A stretch of DNA of 60,727 nucleotides, the filler included, from Basidiobolus ranarum (Eukaryota), in the NCBI GenBank assembly GCA_040143965.1. It is 14 parts of 14 records of this genome, joined end to end, with 100 filler letters (N's around TTAATTAATTAA, not from the genome) between each part and the next. Parts side by side here need not be neighbours in the genome. Positions count along the whole stretch, not along the records: positions 43,479 to 47,718 come from JASJQH010002056.1; positions 47,819 to 52,057 come from JASJQH010002057.1; positions 52,158 to 56,393 come from JASJQH010002058.1; positions 56,494 to 60,727 come from JASJQH010002059.1; 10 more parts are not named here. One strand, written 5' to 3'. The translations under genes were made by a program, and so were the position numbers. The notes below the pieces were generated by a model. That model was not told the DNA's origin. It saw only the letters and a list, made by a program, of their open reading frames with translations, and made no database searches. Of this stretch, positions 47,638 through 59,607 are shown in pieces; position 1 is the first letter of the stretch, and every line of letters begins with the position of its first letter.

Positions 47638-47718
47638 TGTTGAAATTAGCATTGCCTAAACACCTATATAGTCATATATAGCTTAGTACTTAGTTATTTT
47701 GTAATTCACTAAGATATT
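47638..47718 (+). repeat. Family A LTR start (5' or solo LTR), cut by contig end
   Basis: TGTTGAAATTAGCATTGCCTAAACACCTATATAGTCATATATAGC, preceded by unique sequence with no PPT. Confidence 0.9.
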
Positions 47719-48529
47719 NNNNNNNNNNNNNNNNNNNNNNNNNNNNNNNNNNNNNNNNNNNNTTAATTAATTAANNNNNNNNNNNNNNNNNNNNNNNNNN
47801 NNNNNNNNNNNNNNNNNNGGATCCTGGAGAAATTGGGTGTCGCTAATCTCATGCTAACTCATTTCAGAAACATGTGGTGCATTTTGGGGAGCATCAGGAT
47901 ATCGGTCTTGGCGCCTGGAGACTTGGGCGTGTGCAACTGAAAACCATCCCTAAGATGGCCTGATTGTTCTCGATACCCAGCTGCTGTGATGTCTTTGTTC
48001 GCAATGCTCCTGGTTACAATGCTGTCAATGGTGATCCAAAAGAAGGGCACCATTCTTTGTGTATCGAGGTTGCAATGTGGTTCACAAGTTTTAGCCCGTG
48101 TTTACGTGGTGCCTTTGTGGTGAGCTGATGATGTTTGGATTAGCTATGCGGCAATTCCGATTGCATTAGGGGCAAGGGGCGGGCCATACATGCATAATAT
48201 GAAATAGAATTCACTTAAATTCTACATAAACAACATAGGGATACTACTTGAAAGGGGTTGGTGATGATCGAATGGCAAGTTCAGAAGAGACCTCCAATCA
48301 GGACATTCTGAATGATCCGAAAAATGTGGACCTCTTCAAATACTAGGAAATAAGAAGACAGCAATCCATTCATCCGTTTGTACCTCGCCAAATTTTAAAT
48401 ATCTCAGAAGTGAAACGTGGAAGATCAAAATTGATTGTACCAACACCAAAGTCATATATCTAGAGGGTTCCTTTGCAAGTGGCTGAGGTTGAATGTCAAT
48501 CATTGAAGCTCTCAGGTTTAGAACTGAAT

Positions 48530-49793
48530 ATGAATTCCAGAATGCAAACCACCACCACAACAACAAACGAGCTGGACTCGAATAGTAATCCCACTGAGCA
48601 CACCACTAATGCCATTGTTGATAGTTTTATGTTTGGCTTAACTAGTCCCTGTAATACATTAGCCCAAGTACAACAGTTGGCTGCTGCTTCCGCTTCAAAC
48701 AATCTCAAACGTAAGCCCGACTTAACTAACAGCTTCTTGAATTCATTGTCTACCAAGCAATCCCGTCGAGACACAACGACCATACCCATCAATCCCAATG
48801 GGTTTGGGTTCTTACCTCAGGACGATTTCATTAAGGTGATACTTCATTTCCCTCTAAATTTTGCATTGCAAAATCGCTCACTCACTTTGATATTGAACCG
48901 TTTGTTTTTCGTAGCTTTCAGTAGATCAAAAACTCAATGCAATATATGCTGCGTTACGTGAAATGAGCCAGACTAAAGTGCTTACCGTCCAGAATACTCA
49001 ATCCCAGAATACTTGCTTAAGCCTTGAATTCCACCCTAGAAAGGTACTCCTCCCTTGATATTTTTATTAGAGCTCTGCCTGGCATAAACATGTTGTTCCC
49101 CCGATAATTAACCTTGTTCTTTCTTTAGAATGATTTCACCAAATGGATCAAAATTTGGTTCTCTCGTTTGACGACTCCAGTCTACCTAAAAAGTGAAGCT
49201 TCAATCAAGGTATGTCAGCCATTCACTTCAGACTTAAAAAAACGTGATTATTCACCTGGTGGAATACCTCCAGAAGGAAATCATTCTATCAGGGATCTTT
49301 TCTGGCCAAGAACTTGCGCCTACCAATAATACACGCTTCCAAAAGGAACTTGTAACCCATTTTCAGCTAAAATTAAATGAAAATCGAGGTAACGCTAGAA
49401 AAAAAGTGTTGGGTCTAAAGGAGTACAAGAAGTATCTTAATTGCACCACCAAAGCTCTCGCTGAATTTATCTTTTCCGATGTTCCAATAACTGACGAACA
49501 ACTCAAGAAAGCTGCTTTGATGGTATGTAAATAACTGCACCACTTTCAACCCTCATGTATCAGCACTGAATAAGGCTGACTGACAATTTTATATGTTACC
49601 GCTATATTAGCGTCAGATTGCCATCAAACATGGATACATGATAGACCCAACTAAAGACGAGAACTTCTGGACCACTTTCCATGAGATACATACTAGTATA
49701 TGTAACTCTGAGAAATCCAGCGATATATTCGAAACAATTCTAATTGAAGATCGAAGTCAATTTTCTGTCCAAGAAAAATCAAATGACATATAG
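48530..49793 (+). CDS. Hypothetical protein, 5 exons, ~315 aa; low-complexity N-terminus with basic patch and helical C-terminal domain
   Basis: Exons 48530-48835, 48915-49043, 49129-49209, 49274-49522 and 49611-49793. All introns are GT-AG phase 0 with no internal stops. Ends ...KAALMRQIA...ENFWTTFHE...FETILIEDRSQF...*. Confidence 0.8.
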
Positions 49794-52157
49794 ATACTTT
49801 TGACTCCAATTCGTACATAAGAGCTACATCTTCAGTAAGGAGTTGTTCTTCGTCTCTGTCACCCCAATGCATAGACTTTTCGCGCCCAACACAAGGCAAC
49901 ATTCAAACCTGTTACCCCCCCCCCTTAATCGTTGAATGAACTTAGCGCTCTCCTCTATCCTGTTGCTATTCAGCCTTGCCCGAATATGAGAATTTTTGGA
50001 TCGATTACCACACCACTTCCAACAATCCTTTTGTTTTCTCTTCTGTGTATAACCTGTAGCTCTTGGCTAACCCATATGTGAGAAGTAATCCCGATAATTG
50101 TGATGAACTATGATCCAGTACCTTTCTCAATTTCAATGTGTAGGATCTTCTCTTTATTGGCTTACTTCTACTTCCACCTATTGCTATTGTAGATTTGTAT
50201 TGTGTCTTGTTTGTTCGAAAATTGCTTCTCATTGAGATAATATAGGAAATGCTATTACAAGTGGACAAAGTGATATTCTAAGGATAGCAACCAGTCAGTG
50301 TCGCTTATTTTCTTTCAAATAGTTTTATCAGACAAGTGGACTTACCCCAAGTCGTAAAGTGTGGCTACGAGCACAAGCTTGGTCCACTACGCTGGTAAAC
50401 GAAATACAAAAAGGATCCAAAAAAGTATTTTGTTTGATGTTAATCTTTCAGTTCTAAATTCAACTGGGATGATTTTTCAATATTTCTGAACTATCCAAAT
50501 TTTGTTTAAACCGCTCCACCGCATGTGACATATTAACCTGTAATAACCAATTCAAATGAATCACGTCGTAGCAACACGTTGCTAAGCAGAAAAGTGATAT
50601 TATAAAATGTTAAATACAATGATATACCTTGTTAACCCAACTTCATGTTAAATGGCACGAAATACACATCCTAACAATAGATCCAGACGATGATTATTGA
50701 AAAACAAAATTCGATTAATTTCGAACAATCTACTGAAAGATTAATCAAGACACTAATGCATGATGATCATGAAATACATGTGGTACCACTTTAATGGCTC
50801 ACTAATGAAAAGGACGAAAGCCGAAACTCATTGCGAAGACAGCCACATGAAATACACTGTTTGTAACAATCTCTTGACCCTACCAAGCACAAACGAAATT
50901 GTTTCAAACTCTAACGCCGACTTCAATAAACTACAACGCCTTTTGCCTTCCAACAGTTGTTTGTATTGTCTCGAGTTAATGATGGCATGTGCAGCCCTAA
51001 CCCTGAGACAGCTGGTTAAAGAAGGATGATTAGCACTTCATTTCAGTATCTAACCATTCGCTGTATTTCATAACGAATCTGTTGGTCTGTGTTTCACATC
51101 CACCAAACCAACCCTAACCCTCAACAATCGCAGCAGGTGATCTAATAATAACATGCCAATTAAAGTTTGCACAGATCTAATTCTCGATCATCATTGAATG
51201 CAGAAAGATGTGTTCAAGATTTATCTATTTCTGATGGGTGATGGTCTCGCCTGTAATACTACTCCAATCCTTCCACTCCCCGCTGTATGGCATCCCAATC
51301 GGCTGGGAGGACACGTAAACTTGGATATTGTAGGCTAGCACACACACTCACTGAAGTATTTCCAAAAAAGTAAGGGTTTTGTTGGGTTGATGCTAGCCCA
51401 TTTAAACGAAGGAAGATAAACCAATGATTGGGCAAGAGTACTATTGAGATGCTGATGCCCCTAAAACTTGAGCAAATCGTCTACAATAAGGAAACCGTGT
51501 CAAAAACAGGTAAGAGCTTTCAAACTCAGATAAATCTGCCAAGGGAAATGCCGCGAAGTGAGCGAAAATTTTTCGTATCAAATGAGATAAGACTTCCGAG
51601 AGATTTTTCTGGTTGATTCCTGTAATGAATATCGAAGCACTCACGAATCGTCCACGCGATTCCACAGCGTAGCAGCACGCATGTCTTGGCGCCAGAACCG
51701 CTCATCTTGGCTTTTGTCAACGCTCAAGAGTCAATGTATGACTTTATGGATCATTACAAGCTCGCACTTGGCCTCTTGCTACATAGACTTTGGATGGCCA
51801 AATATATCCGGTTCATGGCTTATCGCCTTCATCGCCAATCGGTTTAGCGCTGAAGGAGGACAAATCGGCTAAATTCTAGGAATCGTCAAGGATGAATGAA
51901 GCCAATTTAATACAATCTTTAATACCCGAGGAAACGAGTCGATTCTCAGCCTTCGTATTGGTTCTAGTCCCAAACCGCCTATTTGCACCAATTCATATCA
52001 ATATGGAAGGCCAGATTCCATGTTGGGAAAGGCTCAGGTATGGGTTCTAGGAAATTTNNNNNNNNNNNNNNNNNNNNNNNNNNNNNNNNNNNNNNNNNNN
52101 NTTAATTAATTAANNNNNNNNNNNNNNNNNNNNNNNNNNNNNNNNNNNNNNNNNNNN

Positions 52158-52508
52158 AATACTAAAGATTACTGCATCCACCACTCGCGTTCTAGTAGTC
52201 TCATTGTGTGCTCTAGAGCTTGTCCCTTCTGCTACCATATCCTCACTCACATTCCACCCGTGTAAGGCACGCCATTTTTGGTTGCTCATACCTTCAACAT
52301 TACGATACACTGGGTATACTTCAAATTCGGGTGGTGGGATATCCTATAAAGGTCTAACTATATAGCCAAAATCACGCCAAAGCGTAGATATGTTGCCTAG
52401 AAACATAGCATCAAGGGTGAAGAGAAACAGGAAGAGTATTAGCAATGTGAAGGCCATTCGTGGTAACTTCCGATGAATGCGGCAGGGTGAATGGTTTTTA
52501 AGGAGCAT
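52158..52508 (-). pseudogene. GT17 (MGAT3-like beta-1,4-N-acetylglucosaminyltransferase) 5' part with premature stop
   Basis: TM anchor, then FGYIVRPL*DIPPPEF...ALHGW...RVVDAVIFSI. The family motif RPLW has Trp replaced by TAG (52344-52346). Confidence 0.85.
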
Positions 52509-53434
52509 TTGTGAAGATGTAAGCAATCTGAAATTACAGGAGATTAAAATTTTTTAAAGAGTTGAGAAAATAACTCACATTTATTTATAGTTGCAGATTG
52601 CCTTGCTTTGTCTTCTCTCACTTAGTGAATGTACTTGGTGGATACGATGCATTTAAGCTATTAAAGGTATAGTCACAAAATTTCGATTTTAGGTTACACT
52701 AGAGCATACAGAATAGAGCACCAGATCGGATGCTGCCAAGAGATGCCAAGAAAAACCAGACTTGCGGGCCGTTGGAAGGTATTTACTTAATGATGTTGAG
52801 AGTATTGAGATAAACATTGGAGTTTATTAGCTCTGCCACGTTTGTTCTTCCTATCTTATACACCTACTAGCATCCAAGGTAGTCAACGTTCTTTAGTTGA
52901 ATATTTCTTCACTCAAAATTGAAATACCTATTCGCAAATATTTAGGATAAATGTAAATTATCCAAGAAATAGTAAAGTAAAACTTCCCTATTACAAGTCA
53001 TCAAAATGAATCCCCGTATGGTACACTGTGCTCCCACAGATGTTCTGAGCATAATATCTTTATTTGTTCCGAGTATTAACTTCGAAAGTAGATATACTTA
53101 TTTCTAGTCAATAGTTACGATCGAAACTCTACAACTTCCGTGTTTAATACTCCTTTCACAAATCCAAAATTATCGCAGTATTATGAACTGATGATTTTGA
53201 AGATATTAGAGAGCTGCGTCATGCATAAGTGTGGAGTATAAAGTAAGCAAGTGGAGCAGACCCAAATTGCGATTTTCTATTGGGAATAAATACAGTGGGG
53301 AAAATCACCAATTGGCAATGTTATTTTTAGTCTTATTGCAAACACAAGGGTGATCAAAATGAATAGAAACCTAAAAAATTATATTATCATACATAACCTA
53401 AATTATAAGGGATCAAACTATGCACTGATATTCT

Positions 53435-54099
53435 TGTTGAAATTGGCATAGCCTAAATATCCACATAATTGTACATAGTTTAGTATTTAGTAATTCCATA
53501 TTTCACAAAGATACCTCCCAACATACTCAAGAGAGATTTACTTTGAATACTTTTCAAACTTGTCCTGGAGACCTCAAACCTTGCAAGCATGTGCTTGGGA
53601 CCTTCCTTAATACATCCACACATTTGTTTGTTTACCTCTTCACAAAAATATTGAGGTTGACTTTCTACCCATCGAATCAATAAGTGCAAACCACTGCTTT
53701 TTTTAGTCCTCAAAATTGTTGAAATTACCATTGTCTAAACGCTCACATAATCATATATAGCTTAGTATTTAGATATCCTATATTGAACAAAGATATCTCC
53801 CATTACTCTCAATCGGAATTTACTTACAATATTAACATCAACTTAGCTCCAAGTTATATAGATTTTCTCAAACCTGTGCTAGAAGCCCCAAACCTTGCAC
53901 ACATGTTCCTGGGGCCTTCCTTAACACATTCTACACGTTGGTTTGCTTACATATTGACAAAACGATATATGTAAACTTCCACTCAATATTTCAATAAGTG
54001 AAAACCACTAATTTCTCTATTTCTCCAAACCACATCCAACATGCTCCCAAAGTACCTTAACAGAAGCCACTCCCGACAAACTCTCCAAATACTTCAACA
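53435..54099 (+). mobile_element. Old family A-related solo LTR with 5-bp TSD, containing a second LTR
   Basis: TGTTGAA...TTCAACA flanked by ATTCT on both sides (53430-53434 and 54100-54104). Confidence 0.88.
53717..54062 (+). repeat. Family A solo LTR nested in the older LTR
   Basis: TGTTGAAATT...CCTTAACA, 346 bp. The last ~37 bp of the outer LTR resume after it. Confidence 0.88.
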
Positions 54100-56082
54100 A
54101 TTCTATCACTCATATTTAAGCTTTATTGCAGCTTTGAAGGTGTGGAGTTACTGCAAACATGAGAATGTAATTGTATGATCCAAAGTAATATATATATATA
54201 TCTTAATCAAAGCAATATACCAGCAGAGTTGTGGAAGTCACAAGTTTGAATTCCTGGCCAGCAAATTTACATTATGAGCTATATATCTAAAATCTACATT
54301 ATATAAGAGCCAAATTATAACATTGTGGCTTTAGCCTAACCCATTGTAGCATATATGTGAGGCAGTATTTACGAGCCAAGAGAGGTTGGCGAAGTTAATT
54401 AATCAGTTTATTCTAAGATTGGACAAGCAAGAGGCTACTCACATATCGTGAGGTGTATATATTATAGCATCCAAACACCCGTTAGACTTGTTCTCTATCG
54501 TGCTAGACGAGGCTGTAAACGTAGTAATGGATCAAATACTATAAAAGTATGCGGCACTATCCGGCACAATCAATCATGGTTACTCTATTACGTTGAGTCA
54601 AGGTCCGATGTCCCCTGGCCTGATAGAACAAGTCTTTCAGATCACGCATTTGCCCGCAACCAGTATATAATTGGAACTGTGCTACTTATCCTAGCTGATT
54701 TAACCAAGTGCTAGCCATTTATATTAGCTCATACACTAGGCTTTGTGTTTCCATATTATGAGCGATCTTGGATGTAACAAAGCAATATTAAGGGACTCAC
54801 AACAAAACTAAATTAGTTATTAGGTAATATCATAGGACCCCATCACGTTCCAAATAGGTTTGTAAGTATTACGCTCGAATTTCAAAAAAGATTACAGATC
54901 TTGTATACATTCTTGAATTTAATCGAAGGTTACACAGCATATAAATATTTATATTACCTTTTTCCAACAACACCATGCTAACATTGCCACATTTACAGCA
55001 TCGGTAGCACACAGGTCAGAGCCAAGTCTTGGCGGCTCTAAAAAATATGTGAGGCATACTTTCATTAGCATAGCCAATAAAAATTATGTGTTTCATTACC
55101 TGGCTTTGCACAGACTCAAGAGCCATACCTGTAATCTCCAATTCTTCTTTCAACAAGTTTTGGTTTTCGAGACACACCAAAGTTCTCACATTACAACCAT
55201 GCGTGGCTCTGGGGAACTTTCATGTGAGATTACTCACTCCTGACATGTGAACCTGTGAGCGATTCCATTCGTCCTAACATGCCATGGCTAGAGTATACCG
55301 CTTAGTACCTGTTGCATCAGTAACTACTTCAGTTCCTCATGCCTGCCTATCCCGCAATGAGTATCATAGATGCATCATTACTAAGGAAATTTTATACAGT
55401 CATACGCATGTCCCAAGAAAATCTATTCCTACAATTTGAGCAAAGCAAAGCATACCAATGGTGCAATCTTCCATTCTTAACAAATATCAAATTTTTCAGC
55501 GCAGCCAAGACTAAAGCCTTAGCCCTTTATTATGATGTTGATCCAGTATCCTGGGTGTCTAGCTCTGAAATTTCCTTCAATCCTGGTTAGGATGTGTTGT
55601 AGCTCATAGTGATACAGTTGGGGTCCGTAAGGAATAAACGACTACCGATACGGACTCACTGGTTTCTTGATGGAATTGTTTTTGGTGAAACTTCTAATCC
55701 AATCTAATTGTCAAATTTAGATGATTTGCGGTAAATTCTCTTTTCCTAACTGAAAGTATCTAATGGAGATACGGCTTGACTAAAATTGCTATTAAACAGG
55801 ATTTAAAATCAAGCAACAGAAGTGGAAAGATCTTCAAATCGTTATCAAAAATTTTTATTTGTCTAAATGGAGCGATTCATTTGCTTTCACGAATCATCGT
55901 TTGCTAATCACTAATTTGGACCTACTCCTATGGACCAATTAAATATCATGTATATCTATATCACACAAAAATACATTATGAGTGTGTAAATTCTAAATTA
56001 ATGGCATGTGTACTACTAAATGCAAGCAGTATAAACATTAATATCTGATTGAACAGATGAACATTACATTAAGTAGTTTAAA

Positions 56083-56152
56083 TTATTCGAGTCAAGCACC
56101 CCCACTGGTAAAAGGTATTTTAGACGGTCAGCACTTAACAGTAGGTACCCAC
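56083..56152 (-). pseudogene. Duplicated GT17 C-terminal remnant
   Basis: GYLLLSADRLKYLLP...LE*, a frameshifted copy of 56226-56295. Confidence 0.7.
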
Positions 56153-56225
56153 TCAACTAAATACAAGCTGCATACGCGTACTAACATCTGATTGTCTAGA
56201 CGAGCATTATATCAGGTTATCTCAA

Positions 56226-56393
56226 TCATTCTAGCCGAGCACATCCCCCAGGTAAAAGGTACTTGAAGCGATTGGCATTCAGCAGCAGGTACCCAGGCAC
56301 GTCGACAAAAGAAGAGATCCTAGCCATTGGTCCCCATAGGAGAAACAGGTCCTTGAAAGTATAGACTTCCGGAAGCAGGCCAATGATATTTTC
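56226..56393 (-). CDS. GT17 glycosyltransferase, 3' end of an upstream tandem copy
   Basis: Open frame from the contig end: ENIIGLLPEVYTFKDL..LWGP....S.VDVPGYLLLNANRFKYLLPGGCARLE*, matching the GT17 C-terminal signature LPE.YTF...YLL.N...K.LLPG.C.R. Confidence 0.85.
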   Translation of the reverse strand, partial: ENIIGLLPEVYTFKDLFLLWGPMARISSFVDVPGYLLLNANRFKYLLPGGCARLE

Positions 56394-56493
56394 NNNNNNN
56401 NNNNNNNNNNNNNNNNNNNNNNNNNNNNNNNNNNNNNTTAATTAATTAANNNNNNNNNNNNNNNNNNNNNNNNNNNNNNNNNNNNNNNNNNNN

Positions 56494-56835
56494 GAAAACA
56501 TTCTGTGTTGTGTTATTAAACTGTCTTTTGGTTCCTTTGAACGCTGCGGAATGGTCAAATAGTTTATGCGACCTTGATTCACTTTCCTCTTCATGCTTTA
56601 GGTGGAGAGTTTCTAACTGCTCGGTAGTGATACCTGGAATTGGAGTTAAATTCAGAGAAGACATGTGCATCAAAGTTTGCTGTTGTTTGAACATTTCGCT
56701 TTCAGTTGTGTTTCTTAATAGTTGCTCTTCAGAGTTATCTGGATATTCCATGGAGTTTAACTCTGGTGCAGAGTATTGGCGATAATGACCAAGTTTTTTT
56801 CTCATAGTGTGGATAATGTTGGAGTTATCGGTCAT
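56494..56835 (-). CDS. Hypothetical protein, N-terminal part cut by contig end
   Basis: 114 open codons from ATG to the contig end, with disordered-protein-like composition. No domain recognised. Confidence 0.5.
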
Positions 56836-57664
56836 ATTTGGAACAGTTTTTTAGATAGTGATAATAAGAGTTATCTACCCGGTAGACATAGGCTATATGT
56901 ATTGTCAGAAAAGGAGAAAGATAACCTCACTAACCAGGTGGTCATGGCAAACCTGGAACTTTAAGCATATATATTGTATGGTTCAGTCTGTGACATCATT
57001 ATTATCCCTCTGTACCCTTGGAGGTTCAAACCTGGTAAAAAGTAATTAATAGGGTCACACAAAAGATGCCTGTCAACTGGTTTTATCGGGTCAATATTAA
57101 GTTGTTTATAGGCAGTCCTCATGTACATCGCAGCCAACTATCGTAAATAGGAATTAATTATCGGAAAACCTAGAGAAAACCATTGACTTCTAGAAATCTG
57201 GATAATAAAGATGACCTCATAGAATAATACATCAAAGCACCACCTCAGTTGACTACATGAATGAAAAACAAAAGTGGAGGCCATCCAAGAAAGGAGTATC
57301 CGAGAGTATCAGTAACCCCTACTTCACTATATATGCTAAAATCTAGCTTAATGTTAACTCCTATTTAGACAAAGCATTTCTGATTATACTTGGTAACTAA
57401 CACTTTCTTTCCAATCAATTATAGGGTATGGTATAGAGTATTACTCAAGCCTTTCCAAATCTAGTTTTGGGCCTTGTCTTACCAGATTCAGTTGGTGAAT
57501 ATGCTGTTCGAGTGCCTGGTTATTTGGTTTTTATTACAAGTAGCATACAGCAAGTCATGTTATTTGACGAATGCCAATGCGAATGCATGGATGACTCAAC
57601 CATCAACTGATACGTTTCATACAGCTCGACATTTCGTATCTCGCATTTCGCATGTGAGCAGCGC

Positions 57665-57707
57665 TAGATAAAGCTCAGTTGATCTGATAAGCACTAGATA
57701 AAGCTCA
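57665..57707 (+). promoter_or_regulatory. Cluster of three GATAA sites including ATCTGATAA
   Basis: CTAGATAAAGCTCA x2 flanking ATCTGATAA (57682-57690), in the divergent promoter ~460 bp upstream of the carrier ATG. Confidence 0.4.
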
Positions 57708-58147
57708 TAGCCAGCTCACTCAGATGAATATTGGCCTCTGTGGTTCGCGTTGTGTGAGATAATCAGCCCTTGCTATTTAAGTATATTACCGCAAATCGAG
57801 GCCATCGTGAATCGCGGATTTGCTTGCAATACATTCAATCTAGAGCTCATTAGTGTCCTAAATAGATCAATAATGGGGTGCTAATAAGTTGGCTATGTAG
57901 ATAATTCTTATTTTATGTGTAAATTTTTTTCCTTTAGTTGCCTATAGCCCCCGATTTTTTCAAGAATATATTTAACAAGAATACTGGCCTTCGCCGATAT
58001 TCATACCTGTTTTGAAGTTTCTCAAAAGCTAACTTTGTTAATCTCTACCTCACACAACAGTGTAAAAGCTATCGGAACAATAGCTCAGTCTGAATAGTAG
58101 TTCAGCCTTATTTCTGCTTTTTGTTTGCTATCAATAGTTTGAATACA

Positions 58148-59607
58148 ATGACTACTCAAGTTGCTACTAATGGCAACCAACTCAACTCCAGCATAACCCC
58201 TATGCACAAAACGGTATCCGCTTGTGGTGGGGCTTTACTTACTTCTCTCCTGGGTATGTTTAACGTGCAGTTCAATTCCTTGCAACCGCCCAACTTACTT
58301 TTCTCATTTCAGTCACACCTCTTGATGTCGTAAAGACACGTCTTCAGTCACAAACTTTCCACCAGCGCACTCCGAAAATAGCCTACGTTTATGGTTCACC
58401 TCTGTCAGTAGCTTGTATAGACACATACCCTTTGGTGCCACATCGAGGTAATGTCGCTTGTCGGTGGAGAGGCCAATCTGGTGGTTGTTCACCAGTTCTA
58501 CGTATATGCGCTAGTGATTTTGCAATTGAAGATAGTAATAGGCAACTCAAAGGCACTTGGGTAAGTACAGCTGATATAGGCATCGATTTTTTTTCGTTGG
58601 TACTGACTTTCATTCTTTCCTTCAGGATGGCGTGGTCAAAATTGCTCGACACGAAGGATTTACCAAGTTGTGGAAAGGACTTTCACCTACATTGTAAGTA
58701 AATATTGAATTTCTTCATGCTATCAATATTTTCTAACCATGTTATTCCGGTTCTATTGTGTAGACTGATGCAAATCCCTGCTACTGCTATTTATTATGTT
58801 GGTTACGATTACATGAGAGATTTTATAAAATTAAACGTTCGTGATCCTGTGATCGATAAATACAGCCCATTAGTAGTTGGATCTATTGCTAGAAGTAAGT
58901 CTGTTCACTTTTAAGATTCTAGGACTTTCTCTAACTCAAGCTATAGCCTGTGCTGCTACTTGTATATCACCGATTGAGTTGATTAGAACTAGAGTTCAGT
59001 CTGCATCATCAGGAACTAATCTTGCCGGTAAGGTTTTTTTTCTCCTACTTCAATTAACCATCACCTAACGAATTTTTGTTTCTAGAAGTTATGGTTGGGG
59101 TTTCTGACATGGTTAAGCGTGCCGGTGCATTGTCCTTGTGGAAGGGACTTAGCCCCACTCTGTGGAGAGATGTCCCATTCTCAGGTAACTTACTAGTTAT
59201 TAATATAGTCCAAGAAACTTTAATCCTAAATACTTTATGTAGGTTTATACTGGATGGGTTACGAATCGATTAGAGATCATCTTAAAAATAACCATACAGA
59301 TGGTAACTTAAAGCCCTCGGATGAGTTTCAGTTTGCATTCATAGCTGGTGCAGTTTCGGGTTCAGTTGCAGCCGTTCTAACTACACCATTTGACGTAGCG
59401 AAAACACATATACAAGTCGATACATCCAATGATTTAGCCTCTAAAAGCAAGCCCAAAGTGTTTGAGGTCTTAAGAAGTATCTCTAAAAAGCAAGGATATA
59501 AAGGACTTTTCACTGGGTTAATTCCCAGAGTAGCTAAAGTTGCACCTTCCTGTGCGATCATGATATCAAGTTATGAAGTTGGTAAAGCACTATTTCGTGA
59601 ACAGTAG
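58148..59607 (+). CDS. MTM1: Mitochondrial carrier, MTM1/SLC25A39-40 subfamily, 7 exons
   Basis: SACGGALLTSLL/VTPLDVVKTRLQ, LWKGLSPTL.MQIPATAIYYVGYD, ISPIELIRTR, LWRDVPFSG.YW.GYE, TTPFDVAKT, PRVAKVAPSCAIMISSYE. Six GT-AG introns splice in frame. Confidence 0.95.

Noticed and set aside
51420..52057. CpG-rich, higher-GC block with several short overlapping ORFs
   Set aside because: No frame gives a recognisable protein or consistent exon chain, and no RNA family is evident.
54225..54265. GTCACAAGTTTGAATTCCTGG as a tRNA T-arm or SINE head
   Set aside because: No A box, acceptor stem or cloverleaf can be built.
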